Positions 39,083 through 48,167 are shown, counted from the stretch's first letter. The stretch is DNA of 64,000 nt from a candidate division CPR3 bacterium GWF2_35_18 (GCA_001771135.1 MESW01000005.1:17467-81466); one strand, 5' to 3'. The notes: generated by a model from the sequence alone, not told the origin. Numbers and translations are program-made.

Positions 39083-39120
39083 TACTACTGTAGTATAAGT
39101 CTTTTTGATTATTCAGACAA
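39083..39120 (-). promoter_or_regulatory. Candidate sigma70-like promoter of the hsd operon with a perfect 15-bp palindrome over the -10 and TSS.
   Basis: On the minus strand, TTGTCT (-35) is followed by a 17-nt spacer and TATACT (-10). The palindrome ATACTAC-A-GTAGTAT (39083-39097) lies 18-32 nt upstream of the hsdM ATG. Confidence 0.45.
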
Positions 39121-39152
39121 TAAAAAACAGGAAAATATCTATTTGATAGGCC

Positions 39153-39629
39153 TTACAATCCCCACTTCTTCATCTCATACCTTCCACTCTTCTCAAGCAA
39201 ACTAATCTCCTCTTTGATCACCTTAATATCTTCATCATTAAGTGGAATGAAGGGATCGTAGAAACCAGTGGCGCGGTCGGGGAGATAGACGGATTCCGGA
39301 AGAGGCTGATATTTCACGCCCAGAACCCGACCAAAAACATGCATATGTAAAACCGGCTTTTTATTTTGCTTCCACGCCCAATTTCCCATCTCCTGATAGT
39401 TAATCTTAAGAACCGGTATTCCCCGCCTATTCATGCCTTTATAGAGCGCTTCCCCCATCATCGAGTATAGACGTATATATTCAATCGCCTGACGCGGAGT
39501 CAACATCGTGCAGTCTTGGATAGACTCGTCAAGCGAATAAACGCGCAGATGCCCGCCTTCTTCACGGCTCACAAACGGTTTTGGGTGTGGATGCACTGTA
39601 AAATTTTCGGTTTTGTAGATTTCAATCAC
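39153..39629 (-). CDS. HIT-like (histidine triad superfamily) protein; divergent member.
   Basis: FTVHPHPKPFVSREEGGHLRV and LHMHVFGR form a partial HxHx motif. Confidence is low. Confidence 0.4.
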   Translation of the reverse strand: MIEIYKTENFTVHPHPKPFVSREEGGHLRVYSLDESIQDCTMLTPRQAIEYIRLYSMMGEALYKGMNRRGIPVLKINYQEMGNWAWKQNKKPVLHMHVFGRVLGVKYQPLPESVYLPDRATGFYDPFIPLNDEDIKVIKEEISLLEKSGRYEMKKWGL

Positions 39630-39760
39630 TTTTTATTAATATATTTCAATAAAGCAACAATGCCAAGAATCAACAACGTTACAACAAGAAGATAAATAAT
39701 CCAAGAGAAAAACATCACACCTCCACCACTACCACCCATCATATATCCATAATCCATCAT
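39626..39760 (-). CDS. Possible 44-aa single-TM micro-protein, overlapping the HIT-like gene by 4 nt. The longer track ORF runs into the tRNA and is rejected.
   Basis: MMDYGYMMGGSGGGVMFFSWIIYLLVVTLLILGIVALLKYINKK. Confidence 0.25.
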   Translation of the reverse strand: MMDYGYMMGGSGGGVMFFSWIIYLLVVTLLILGIVALLKYINKK

Positions 39761-39793
39761 AATATTTCTCACCTCCCTTTGTAATCCAGATAC

Positions 39794-39870
39794 TGGTCGG
39801 GGATACTGGACTCGAACCAGCGACCTTACGCACCCCATGCGTACGTTCTAGCCATCTGAACTAATCCCCG
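39794..39870 (-). tRNA. tRNA-Pro (anticodon GGG), 77 nt with encoded CCA.
   Basis: Folded by hand. The acceptor stem is CGGGGAT/ATCCCCG, the D-stem GTTC/GAAC, the anticodon stem TACGC/GCGTA with loop A-T-GGG-G-T, and the T-arm GCTGG-TTCGAGT-CCAGT, with discriminator A plus CCA. Confidence 0.85.
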
Positions 39871-39917
39871 GGACAGTGATAGTATACGAGAAATAGGCAA
39901 AAATCTCAATGGAAGAA

Positions 39918-39948
39918 CAAAAAAGCACGCGGTTACGCGTGCTTTTAT
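39918..39948 (-). terminator. Rho-independent terminator after rpsI (it also reads as bidirectional).
   Basis: AGCACGCG-GTTA-CGCGTGCT is a perfect 8-bp stem, flanked by A6 on one side and T4 on the other. Confidence 0.65.
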
Positions 39949-39968
39949 AAATTTCAAAATGAAGAACC

Positions 39969-40520
39969 TTAACGTTTTGGAGAAGCTTTGTGCTTGCGTG
40001 CTCCCATGAGTCCGAACTTGTGACGTTCTTTTTCTCGAGAATCACGGGTCAGAAAATCTTGTTTGCGTAAAATTTTATGAAATTCGCTATCAAATTTATC
40101 CAAAGCTCGGGAAACTCCATGAATGATTGCGCCTACCTGTGCATGTACACCACCACCAAGGACTTTGATCGATCCGTCAAAACGGTTACGACGACCAACA
40201 GCAATAAAAGGTTTTTCGAAATGATGGATGGCGTTTGGTCCCACCCCTTTTAAAAATTCTATAGCGGGGATACCGTTAATGGTAATTTCGCCTTTACCTT
40301 CCCATAGTCGCACTCGGGAAATCGAGGTCTTGCGGCGACCGACAGCATAAACATATTTATAAGCAGCCACAACTTTTTCGACTTTTTCCGGTGTTTCGAT
40401 CTTTTCCACTACTTTTACCGCTTTTTCTGGTTTCTCAGTTTTTACAACCACTTTTTCTGGCTTTTGCTTTGGTTCAACTTTTGCGTGTTTTTTATCACTT
40501 ACTTTTTTTACTGGTTTCAC
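39969..40520 (-). CDS. rpsI: 30S ribosomal protein S9 with a 55-aa Lys-rich N-terminal extension.
   Basis: The C-terminal GGG...RKQDFLTRDSREKERHKFGLMGARKHKASPKR signature. Confidence 0.9.
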   Translation of the reverse strand: MKPVKKVSDKKHAKVEPKQKPEKVVVKTEKPEKAVKVVEKIETPEKVEKVVAAYKYVYAVGRRKTSISRVRLWEGKGEITINGIPAIEFLKGVGPNAIHHFEKPFIAVGRRNRFDGSIKVLGGGVHAQVGAIIHGVSRALDKFDSEFHKILRKQDFLTRDSREKERHKFGLMGARKHKASPKR

Positions 40521-40522
40521 TT

Positions 40523-40972
40523 TTACTCCTCTACCTTTAAGGTTTTCAATTCTTTACTTTGATATTTATGATTAGCATCATTAAAAATATGGACTTTTTT
40601 GAGCATCGCTTTTCCCATTCTGGTTTTTGGGGTCATCCCAGAAATTGCATTTTCTAGAACTTTTCTCGCATCTTTAGCTCGTAGCTGTTTCAAAGTCGCG
40701 GTTTTTAGTCCACCTGGAAATCCGGAGTGATGATGATAAAGCTTATCTTCTTCTTTGTTTCCGGAAACGGCAATCTTTTTGGCATTGATTATTACTACAT
40801 TATCGCCCATGTCCATATAAGGAACGTAGTTTACCTTTAATTTCCCGGAGATCACCTCCGCCACAGTTTTGGCCAGTCTCCCCAAGATTTTATTTTCCGC
40901 ATCGATAATATACCAGTTTGAAACTTGATCTTTCTTTTTGGTATATGAAGTTTTGTTATTATAAGTCTTCAT
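40523..40972 (-). CDS. rplM: 50S ribosomal protein L13.
   Basis: WYIIDAENKILGRLA motif. Confidence 0.9.
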   Translation of the reverse strand: MKTYNNKTSYTKKKDQVSNWYIIDAENKILGRLAKTVAEVISGKLKVNYVPYMDMGDNVVIINAKKIAVSGNKEEDKLYHHHSGFPGGLKTATLKQLRAKDARKVLENAISGMTPKTRMGKAMLKKVHIFNDANHKYQSKELKTLKVEE

Positions 40973-41439
40973 TATTTCTGCTCCTTACTCTCTTTAGTTT
41001 CCTTGGTTTCTTTTTTGGCTTCCTTAGTCTTGACCTCTTTTTTTGCTTCTTTGGTTTTCTTTTCCGGTTTTGCTTTACCTTCTTTTCTAATGATAAGCTC
41101 TAAAATCGCCATTGGAGTCCGATCAGATTTTCGGGGGCCAAGCTTCAAAATTCTTAAATATCCACCGGCATGGTCTTTAAAACGTAAGGAAATATCTTTA
41201 TATAATTTTTCGGCCGCTTCTTCAGTATAGAGAAAAGCGGAGATACGACGACGGGAGGAAAGATCTTGTTTTTTGGCTCGAGTAATCAGCTTTTCCGCAA
41301 TTGGACGCACAATTTTGGCTTTGGCCAAGGTCGTGGTAATCCTTTCGCTTAAAAATAATGATTGAACTAAATTACGATAAAGGCTATCTCGTTCCCCTTT
41401 TGATCGATTAAATTTTTTCTTTTTTATTCCATGTCGCAT
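40972..41439 (-). CDS. rplQ: 50S ribosomal protein L17 with a Lys/Glu-rich C-terminal tail.
   Basis: MRHGIKKKKFNRSKGERDSLYRNL N-terminus. Confidence 0.9.
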   Translation of the reverse strand: MRHGIKKKKFNRSKGERDSLYRNLVQSLFLSERITTTLAKAKIVRPIAEKLITRAKKQDLSSRRRISAFLYTEEAAEKLYKDISLRFKDHAGGYLRILKLGPRKSDRTPMAILELIIRKEGKAKPEKKTKEAKKEVKTKEAKKETKETKESKEQK

Positions 41440-41464
41440 AGTTTTTTATCTTTTCTTAATTAAA

Positions 41465-42424
41465 TTACTCTTTAAAGGATAATCCCATCTCATCTAATTT
41501 AGCTTTGATCTCTTTGATTGATTTCGCGCCCAAATTTTTGATTTTAGAAACTTCTTTTTCTTTTTTGGCTACAAGTTCGCCGATAGTTTTGATTCCAGCA
41601 CTACCCAAGCTATTTACTACTCTCATAGGTAAATCAAGCTCTTCGATCAAGACATCCTGTTCCACCTTTTCTTCTTTGATCTCTTCGCTAGGCATCTCGT
41701 CAACCTCTTCCGGAGACACCACGAAGCTGTAGTAATCGCGAAGAATTTCCGCGGCTTTTTTCAAGGCTTCTTGAGGTTCGATCTCTCCGGTTGTCGTTAC
41801 TCTCATCACCAATTTATCAAAGTTGGTTTTGCCACCGACACGAGTATCGGAAACTGAATAATCAGCGTCAAGTACCGGAGTAAAAATACCATCAACCGGA
41901 ATCACTCCAAGCTCTTCAATCTGTTGTTCTTCAGCTGGTAAATATCCCTTGCCCATTTGAACTTTGAATTCGATTTTCAAAGTAGTTTTTTTATCGGCTA
42001 AGGTCGTAATATACTGATCCGGATTCAAGACTTTGAGTCCGGAAGGACATTCGATATCGGAAGCTTTGACCTCTCCGGGACCTTTTTTCACTAAAGTCAT
42101 TGTCCCTTCTGTTTTACCTTCGAGTTTAACCTCAATTTTTTTGATATTGAGAACTAGATCGACCATATCTTCTTTTACCCCAGGTAAGGTCGTAAATTCG
42201 TGTTTGGCTCCATCAATTTTGATGCTGGTAATAGCTGCCCCTTCCAAAGAAGTCAAAAGAACACGTCGGAGTGAATGTCCGAGAGTGAGACCAAAACCAT
42301 TTGGTAATGGTTCGATCACAAATTCGGCATATTTCGCTTTTTCGTTTGTCTTGCTTAGGTTAGGTTTTACTTCAAAAATCATATATTGCTCCTTGTCGAA
42401 AATTTTATCTAGAATAATATTCAA
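41465..42424 (-). CDS. rpoA: DNA-directed RNA polymerase subunit alpha.
   Basis: EPLPNGFGLTLGHSLRR motif. The start may be an internal Met, since the track ORF overlaps rpsD by 20 nt. Confidence 0.9.
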   Translation of the reverse strand: MNIILDKIFDKEQYMIFEVKPNLSKTNEKAKYAEFVIEPLPNGFGLTLGHSLRRVLLTSLEGAAITSIKIDGAKHEFTTLPGVKEDMVDLVLNIKKIEVKLEGKTEGTMTLVKKGPGEVKASDIECPSGLKVLNPDQYITTLADKKTTLKIEFKVQMGKGYLPAEEQQIEELGVIPVDGIFTPVLDADYSVSDTRVGGKTNFDKLVMRVTTTGEIEPQEALKKAAEILRDYYSFVVSPEEVDEMPSEEIKEEKVEQDVLIEELDLPMRVVNSLGSAGIKTIGELVAKKEKEVSKIKNLGAKSIKEIKAKLDEMGLSFKE

Positions 42425-42989
42425 CGACTAATTGTTCGTTTAAAGTTAAATCAATATCTTCGCGTTCCGGAATCCGATCAACCTTAATCATTGGCCCTTT
42501 CTTCTTCAGCCAAGTAGGAAGGTCTTTATTCTCTTCCTTCATCTGTTTAAGTACTTGAACATTGTCTAAAGTTTTGGTTTTTAAGGTAATCACGTCGTCT
42601 TTTTTGAGTCCGTAAGAAGGAATCGTCACTTTCTTATCATTCACAATTACATGTCCATGACTGACAAATTGACGCGCCATTCGATTGGTTTTCACAAGTC
42701 CGGAAAGGAACAAAACTCGATCTAAACGGGTTTCGAGTAATTGCAAAAGTCGTACTCCGGTTTGTCCTTTGGTCCGAAAAGCCATCTTCATATAACGAGC
42801 AAATTGGCGTTCGGAAACTCCGTATATAAATTTAATTTTCTGTTTTTCCTCTAAACGAATTCCATACTCAGACTTTCGCTTTGGACGAGTAGTACGAGCT
42901 TGAGTACGATAGTTTTTCTGTACTTCTTCAGTAGCAATAAGTCCAAAACGTCGCAGTTTCTTCTTTACCGGACCTGTATAACGTGACAT
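42405..42989 (-). CDS. rpsD: 30S ribosomal protein S4.
   Basis: MSRYTGPVKKKLRRFG N-terminus. Confidence 0.9.
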   Translation of the reverse strand: MSRYTGPVKKKLRRFGLIATEEVQKNYRTQARTTRPKRKSEYGIRLEEKQKIKFIYGVSERQFARYMKMAFRTKGQTGVRLLQLLETRLDRVLFLSGLVKTNRMARQFVSHGHVIVNDKKVTIPSYGLKKDDVITLKTKTLDNVQVLKQMKEENKDLPTWLKKKGPMIKVDRIPEREDIDLTLNEQLVVEYYSR

Positions 42990-43025
42990 TTTATAAAAAC
43001 CTCCAAAAAAAATTAAATACTAATT

Positions 43026-43463
43026 TTAAACTCTTCTTCTTCCTTTGGGACGGCATCCGTTGTGTGGAATCGGAGTTACATCTGCTAAGGAAACGATCTT
43101 TAAACCTGCATTTTTAACGGATTTAACCGCTGCATCTCTACCCATTCCCGGACCGGAAATAATCACATCAACCTGCTTCATTCCACCTTCGGCCATCTTA
43201 GCCGCCAGGTTTTCAGTAGCCTGCGAAGCCGCATAAGGAGTGGATTTTCGGGCTCCTTTAAAACCAACTTTTCCAGTCGAACCCCAACCTAAAGCATTTC
43301 CGTTCAAATCAGTAATTGTGATAATGGTATTGTTAAAAGACGCTGTAATAAAAACTTTTCCATGGAAAGGAATAATTTTTTCGCGTTTCTTCTTCACCGT
43401 TTCTTTCGGTTTATTTTTGATCACTCTCTTAATAACGTTTTTGTTTTTATCTTTTTTGCCCAT
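43026..43463 (-). CDS. rpsK: 30S ribosomal protein S11.
   Basis: ASFNNTIITITDLNGNALGWGSTG motif. Confidence 0.9.
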   Translation of the reverse strand: MGKKDKNKNVIKRVIKNKPKETVKKKREKIIPFHGKVFITASFNNTIITITDLNGNALGWGSTGKVGFKGARKSTPYAASQATENLAAKMAEGGMKQVDVIISGPGMGRDAAVKSVKNAGLKIVSLADVTPIPHNGCRPKGRRRV

Positions 43464-43487
43464 AATTATTTTTAGTTAATTTATACT

Positions 43488-43871
43488 TTAGGTTTTTTCG
43501 AGTTTACGTTTCATCCCACCGACGGTAACACGACGACCTCTTTTGGTTCGCGCATTGTGTCTGGTTCTCTGACCACGTGCCGGAAGTTTCTTTTCGTGAC
43601 GTTGTCCACGATATGATTTGATCTCGCTATAACGACGAATATTATCACGAATTTCGCGGCGCAAATCTCCTTCGATCTGATAATCTTTATCAATAATCTT
43701 TTGAATTCGTGCCACCTCATCTTCATTTAGATCTTTGGCACGCTTATCAATATCGATCTTCGCTGCTGCCAAGATTTTCCTCGAAGAAGTAACACCAACC
43801 CCAAAAATATAGGTTAAGGAGTACTCGACTCTTTTATTGTTTGGAATGTCTACACCTGAAATTCTAGCCAT
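43488..43871 (-). CDS. rpsM: 30S ribosomal protein S13.
   Basis: MARISGVDIPNNKRVEYSLTYIFGVG. Confidence 0.9.
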   Translation of the reverse strand: MARISGVDIPNNKRVEYSLTYIFGVGVTSSRKILAAAKIDIDKRAKDLNEDEVARIQKIIDKDYQIEGDLRREIRDNIRRYSEIKSYRGQRHEKKLPARGQRTRHNARTKRGRRVTVGGMKRKLEKT

Positions 43872-43877
43872 AATAAA

Positions 43878-43994
43878 TTATCCTTGTCTTTGTTTATGTT
43901 TAGGATTTTTCTTACAAATTACACGAATAACGCCATGTCTTTTGACAACCTTACAGTCACGGCAAAATTGTTTTACTGACGATCGAACTTTCAT
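43878..43994 (-). CDS. rpmJ: 50S ribosomal protein L36, 38 aa. It is not in the ORF track because it is below the length cutoff.
   Basis: Hand translation gives [38 protein letters not shown]. It has the C-x2-C...C...H zinc motif in the expected position between infA and rpsM. Confidence 0.85.
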   Translation of the reverse strand: MKVRSSVKQFCRDCKVVKRHGVIRVICKKNPKHKQRQG

Positions 43995-44061
43995 TATTTA
44001 TCTTCTCTTTTTTTAATCTGAATTATTTAATCTGCAACTCAGATTCGAATTTTATCTTAAT

Positions 44062-44301
44062 TTATTTAAATCTAAAGGTTATTCTCCCGCGCGTTAGGTC
44101 GTAAGGAGAAACTTCTACTTTTACTTTGTCTCCAGGTAAGATCTTGATATAATTCATTCGCATTTTCCCGGAGATATGAGCCAAAACAACCTTCCCATTG
44201 GGAAGCTCTACTCTAAAATATGCGTTTGGTAAAGTTTCAACCACAACCCCTTCGGTTTCTAGTTTTTCCTCTTTTTGAATTGTATCTTTTGGTTGTTGCA
44301 T
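44062..44301 (-). CDS. infA: Translation initiation factor IF-1.
   Basis: S1-like fold. [35 protein letters not shown]. Confidence 0.9.
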   Translation of the reverse strand: MQQPKDTIQKEEKLETEGVVVETLPNAYFRVELPNGKVVLAHISGKMRMNYIKILPGDKVKVEVSPYDLTRGRITFRFK

Positions 44302-44337
44302 AGTAAGAACTTAACAAAACGGTATTTTAACAGGATA

Positions 44338-45087
44338 TTAGGCTTTGGTCAATACATAAGGACCTTTATCGGTAATGGCGACGGTGTGTTCAAAAAGACC
44401 ACCTAGACTACCATCTGCTGTTCTGGCTGTCCAACCGTCATCATCAACAATCACTTCTGCACTGCCCGAAGCATAAATCACCTCAATTGCTAAAACCATA
44501 TTCGGCTTTAAAAGTTCCCCATGCCCCTTTTTCCCATAACAATATATCGAAGGATCTTCATGCAAATCACGTCCTACCCCATGTCCCGTAAAAATCTTGG
44601 AAACGGAGTATCCATCTTTTTCGACTTCAAACTGCATCGCGGCTGAGATATCACCGACCCGATTCCCTGGCTTTGCCTCTTTAATTGCTTTTGTCAAAGA
44701 TCTCTGTCCCGTCTCTAAAAAACGTACTTTTTGCGGATCTTTAATCCCACCCACAATCATAGTATGCGCCATATCTGTGTGAAATCCGGCGTAAATAAGT
44801 CCGATGTCAATGGTAAACACGTCCCCTTCCTGTAAAACATAGTCATTCGGAATTCCATGTACCAGCCCGTCATTAGTAGCAATACAAATTGTGGCCGGAA
44901 ATCCTTCGTAACCTTTAAAAGAAGGTTTGCCTCCGGTTTCCCTTAACATCTTTTCCGCAATAACGTCAAGTTCTAACGTTGAAATTCCTGGACGTGACAT
45001 ATTAAGTAAAGTATTTAAAGTACGAGAGAGCAAACTCCCACCCTCTTTCATCAATCTTATCTCATTTTCGGTTTTGACGTTGATCAC
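44338..45087 (-). CDS. map: Type I methionine aminopeptidase.
   Basis: Metal ligands are in the conserved D, D, H, E, E positions; 249 aa. Confidence 0.9.
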   Translation of the reverse strand: MINVKTENEIRLMKEGGSLLSRTLNTLLNMSRPGISTLELDVIAEKMLRETGGKPSFKGYEGFPATICIATNDGLVHGIPNDYVLQEGDVFTIDIGLIYAGFHTDMAHTMIVGGIKDPQKVRFLETGQRSLTKAIKEAKPGNRVGDISAAMQFEVEKDGYSVSKIFTGHGVGRDLHEDPSIYCYGKKGHGELLKPNMVLAIEVIYASGSAEVIVDDDGWTARTADGSLGGLFEHTVAITDKGPYVLTKA

Positions 45088-45089
45088 AG

Positions 45090-45662
45090 TTATTCCTTCA
45101 CTTTGGAGTAAATATCAGCATCGATTTCCTCAATGCTTTTTTCTCCATTGATCTCTTCCAAAATCCCCTTCTGACGGTAAAATTCTAAAACTTCCGCTTC
45201 TTTTTCTTTATATCTTTTTAATCTTTCTTGAATTCTCTTCGGATCATCATGTAGAGAGCCATCCGGAGAACGTCGTCCCCTTTTCAAAAGTCTTTTAATC
45301 GCTTCGTCTTCAGACACTTTTAAGTAAAAAACTCGATCAACATCCTGATTATATTTATTTAATTTATCTTCCAAAAAATTCACCTGTGTTATATTGCGAG
45401 GAAAACCGTCAATAACCCAACCCTTTTGGCAATCTGGCTCTTTCAAACGAAACTTCCACAAGACAAACATCTCCGTATCCGCAACATAATGACCTAGTGA
45501 CAACGCTTCGCGGCAGATATCTCCCATCAGTCCCTGATCTTTTTGAGCCATCCGACGAACCAAATCTCCAGAAACTAAATGCGGAATACCCAATTTCTTA
45601 GCCAGCAGTTTTCCCTGCGTAGTTTTTCCGCTTCCTTCAGAACCATAAAAAATATAATACAT
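45090..45662 (-). CDS. adk: Adenylate kinase.
   Basis: P-loop GSEGSGKTTQGKLLA, 190 aa, in the spc operon position. Confidence 0.85.
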   Translation of the reverse strand: MYYIFYGSEGSGKTTQGKLLAKKLGIPHLVSGDLVRRMAQKDQGLMGDICREALSLGHYVADTEMFVLWKFRLKEPDCQKGWVIDGFPRNITQVNFLEDKLNKYNQDVDRVFYLKVSEDEAIKRLLKRGRRSPDGSLHDDPKRIQERLKRYKEKEAEVLEFYRQKGILEEINGEKSIEEIDADIYSKVKE

Positions 45663-45686
45663 TTATTATCCTTTTTAAATTATAAA

Positions 45687-45715
45687 ATGGCGATTTCAAA
45701 TATGTGTATCGCCAT
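45687..45715 (-). terminator. Hairpin followed by U-tract between secY and adk, a possible attenuator.
   Basis: ATGGCGAT-13 nt-ATCGCCAT is a perfect 8-bp stem, followed by UUUUAU on the minus strand. Confidence 0.4.
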
Positions 45716-45758
45716 AAAATGACTCATCATAAAATTTGTAATGTTTTTTGTCTTGAGT

Positions 45759-47027
45759 TCATTTTAAAAAGCTATCGTAATCTCGCATTGTAAGCTGCGA
45801 TTCAATCTGCTTCATAGTCTCTACAATTACGGAAACCACAATCAAAATTCCCGTTCCACCAAGGACTATCGAATTAACACCGGTTAAACTTTGACCTACA
45901 AAAGGTAGTATCGCAATTACTCCTAAAAAAATTGCCCCTAAAAAAGTTACCCGAGTTAAAATTAAGTTCAAATAGGATTCGGTTGCTTTCCCTGGTCTAA
46001 TCCCCGGGATAAAACCACCGTATTTTTTGATATCTTCCGCAATCTTCTCGGGATTAAAAGTCACCGCGGTGTAAAAATAGGTAAATCCTACGACTAATAT
46101 AAAATATAAAATACTGTAAAAAACCTGATCATTAAAAAGTGCGACAACCTTTTTGGCAATATCGGCGATCACAGCGACATTGACATTTTGTAAATATGAT
46201 CCCAACATTCCTGGCAAAAGCATCATCGACATCGCAAAAATAATAGGAATCACCCCCGCCTGATTAATACGCATTGGTAAGTAATTACGTCCACCCTTAA
46301 TTCCATGACCTTGAATCTTACGGGCATATTGGACTTCAATCTTTCGCTCGGCCTCATTAACAAAAATTATCCCAGCAATTACCAAGATAAAAATTACCAC
46401 AAATAAAATCAAATTCAAAAAATTATCCTGACCGGCCACAGAGAAACTCCGAGCAAAATCTAGAGGCATACTCGCGAGAATTCCCACTCCGATAATCAGA
46501 GAAATTCCATTTCCCACTCCATACTCGGATATGAGCTCTCCAATCCACATCAAAAACATCGTTCCCGCCGTTAAAGTAACTACCAAGGAAATCAAAGTCA
46601 CAATCGATAGCTGCCCAATCACCCCTTGATTTCGTAGGAGTATGTACATCCCAAAAGCTTGAACTAGAGCTAAAGGCACTGTTAGCCATCTGGTATATTG
46701 GTTCAACTTCTGTCTCCCGTAATCTCCTTCTTTTGCCAAAGCTTCTAAGGAAGGAAAAACCATTTGTAAAAGCTGAAAAATGATCGAGGCGTTAATGTAA
46801 GGATTAAGACCCAATGTAATCACGGAAAAATCACGCATTGTTCCCCCTGAAAACATGTTCAAAAATCCTAAAAGTTGATTCTGACTAAATAACGACGATA
46901 AAGCATCATGATCAACACCAGGAATAGGGATATGAGAAACAAAGCGGAAAATTACTAACAGTAAAAAGGTTAATAAAAATTTTCTCCGTAGCTCTTTAGT
47001 TTTCCAAATATTCTTTAAAGTATTCAT
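45759..47027 (-). CDS. secY: Preprotein translocase subunit SecY.
   Basis: 10 TMs; 422 aa. Confidence 0.9.
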   Translation of the reverse strand: MNTLKNIWKTKELRRKFLLTFLLLVIFRFVSHIPIPGVDHDALSSLFSQNQLLGFLNMFSGGTMRDFSVITLGLNPYINASIIFQLLQMVFPSLEALAKEGDYGRQKLNQYTRWLTVPLALVQAFGMYILLRNQGVIGQLSIVTLISLVVTLTAGTMFLMWIGELISEYGVGNGISLIIGVGILASMPLDFARSFSVAGQDNFLNLILFVVIFILVIAGIIFVNEAERKIEVQYARKIQGHGIKGGRNYLPMRINQAGVIPIIFAMSMMLLPGMLGSYLQNVNVAVIADIAKKVVALFNDQVFYSILYFILVVGFTYFYTAVTFNPEKIAEDIKKYGGFIPGIRPGKATESYLNLILTRVTFLGAIFLGVIAILPFVGQSLTGVNSIVLGGTGILIVVSVIVETMKQIESQLTMRDYDSFLK

Positions 47028-47049
47028 TGATGAATATTACTGAAGTTTT

Positions 47050-47094
47050 AATATACTCAACTTAATCAAGTTTGTTAAAAATGTAGTTGAGTAT
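47050..47094 (-). promoter_or_regulatory. Candidate internal promoter for secY overlapping an inverted repeat, ATACTCAACT-22 nt-AGTTGAGTAT.
   Basis: On the minus strand, TTAACA (47078..47073) is followed by a 17-nt spacer and TATATT (47055..47050). The IR arms are 47053-47062 and 47085-47094, the same motif as at 23194-23238. Confidence 0.4.
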
Positions 47095-47172
47095 GACCCA
47101 TATAATAACATTATAAATTAGAATAATATGGGTATAAATTCAATCTATTTTTAAACTGCTATTTCAGTTACA

Positions 47173-47601
47173 CTACTTCTCAACTTTTCCACCCATTTTT
47201 TCAATCTTTATTACCGCACTTTTTGAGCAAGAAATCCCTTTAACAATAATTTTTTTCTGCAGCTCTCCATCACCCAAAATCTTGACGCCATGGTTCCAAT
47301 TGGTTGGGATAAGTTTCCATTCCACCAAATTCTCTAAATTAATTTCACTACCATCTTCAACGTAATTAAGGATATTTAAATTCAAAATTAAAGGTTTTTT
47401 GGATAAACTTTTGAATCCTCTTTTGTAAGGAAGTCTGCGAATAAAAGGAAGCTGTCCTCCTTCGAAGCCTAAACGAACCTTTCCGCGGGCTTTTTGTCCT
47501 TTGGTACCACGACCAGAAGTTTTGGCTCTACCAGAACCATAACCAAGTCCAATTCTTTTCTTCTTTTTGTGAGTTGTTTTTACTAAATTATTAATTGCCA
47601 T
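47173..47601 (-). CDS. rplO: 50S ribosomal protein L15.
   Basis: Glycine-rich N-terminus GRGTKGQKARG. Confidence 0.9.
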   Translation of the reverse strand: MAINNLVKTTHKKKKRIGLGYGSGRAKTSGRGTKGQKARGKVRLGFEGGQLPFIRRLPYKRGFKSLSKKPLILNLNILNYVEDGSEINLENLVEWKLIPTNWNHGVKILGDGELQKKIIVKGISCSKSAVIKIEKMGGKVEK

Positions 47602-47603
47602 AT

Positions 47604-48134
47604 TTATTTACTTTCTTTCGTCTTTTGTTTAATTGCTTGTCTTTCTCCCATACGCTGATTCCTTATTTCATTCCAAGAGCCTAATTTTTTCAAAGCTTTA
47701 AAAGTAGTATAAACATTAGCCATTTGATTATTACTTCCCAAAACTTTTGACAAAATATCTCGGATTCCAGCCACTTCGATTACAGCTTTTACTGGCCCCC
47801 CGGCAATGACTCCGGTTCCTGGAGCAGCAGGTTTAAGAAAAACTAAAGCCGCACCGTTTTTAAAACTAATTTCTCGAGCGATTGTATTTCCCTTTAAGGG
47901 GACTCTAATCATTTTCTTTTTCCCATTTGCCGAAGCTTTTCGCATCGCTTCTGGAACTCCAGAGGCTTTCCCAAGACCAATTCCGACTCTTCCTTTTTTA
48001 TCTCCCACAACCATCAGTACCGAGAAAGAAAGTTTGTTTCCACCTTTTGTTTTTTTGCTTACTCGGCTAATTTGAATTACTTTTTCTTCAAATTCTTTTT
48101 CATTTTTTTTGTTGTCCGCAAAATTTTTGGCCAT
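47604..48134 (-). CDS. rpsE: 30S ribosomal protein S5.
   Basis: VVGDKKGRVGIGLGKA motif. Confidence 0.9.
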   Translation of the reverse strand: MAKNFADNKKNEKEFEEKVIQISRVSKKTKGGNKLSFSVLMVVGDKKGRVGIGLGKASGVPEAMRKASANGKKKMIRVPLKGNTIAREISFKNGAALVFLKPAAPGTGVIAGGPVKAVIEVAGIRDILSKVLGSNNQMANVYTTFKALKKLGSWNEIRNQRMGERQAIKQKTKESK

Positions 48135-48167
48135 TTATTTACTACCTTTTTCTTTCTTTATACTATA

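Noticed and set aside
39626-40045. Track ORFs 39626..39838(-) at full length and 39848..40045(-).
   Set aside because: They run through tRNA-Pro(GGG) and the rpsI 3' end. Only the C-terminal 44-aa TM micro-ORF is kept, as a low-confidence call.
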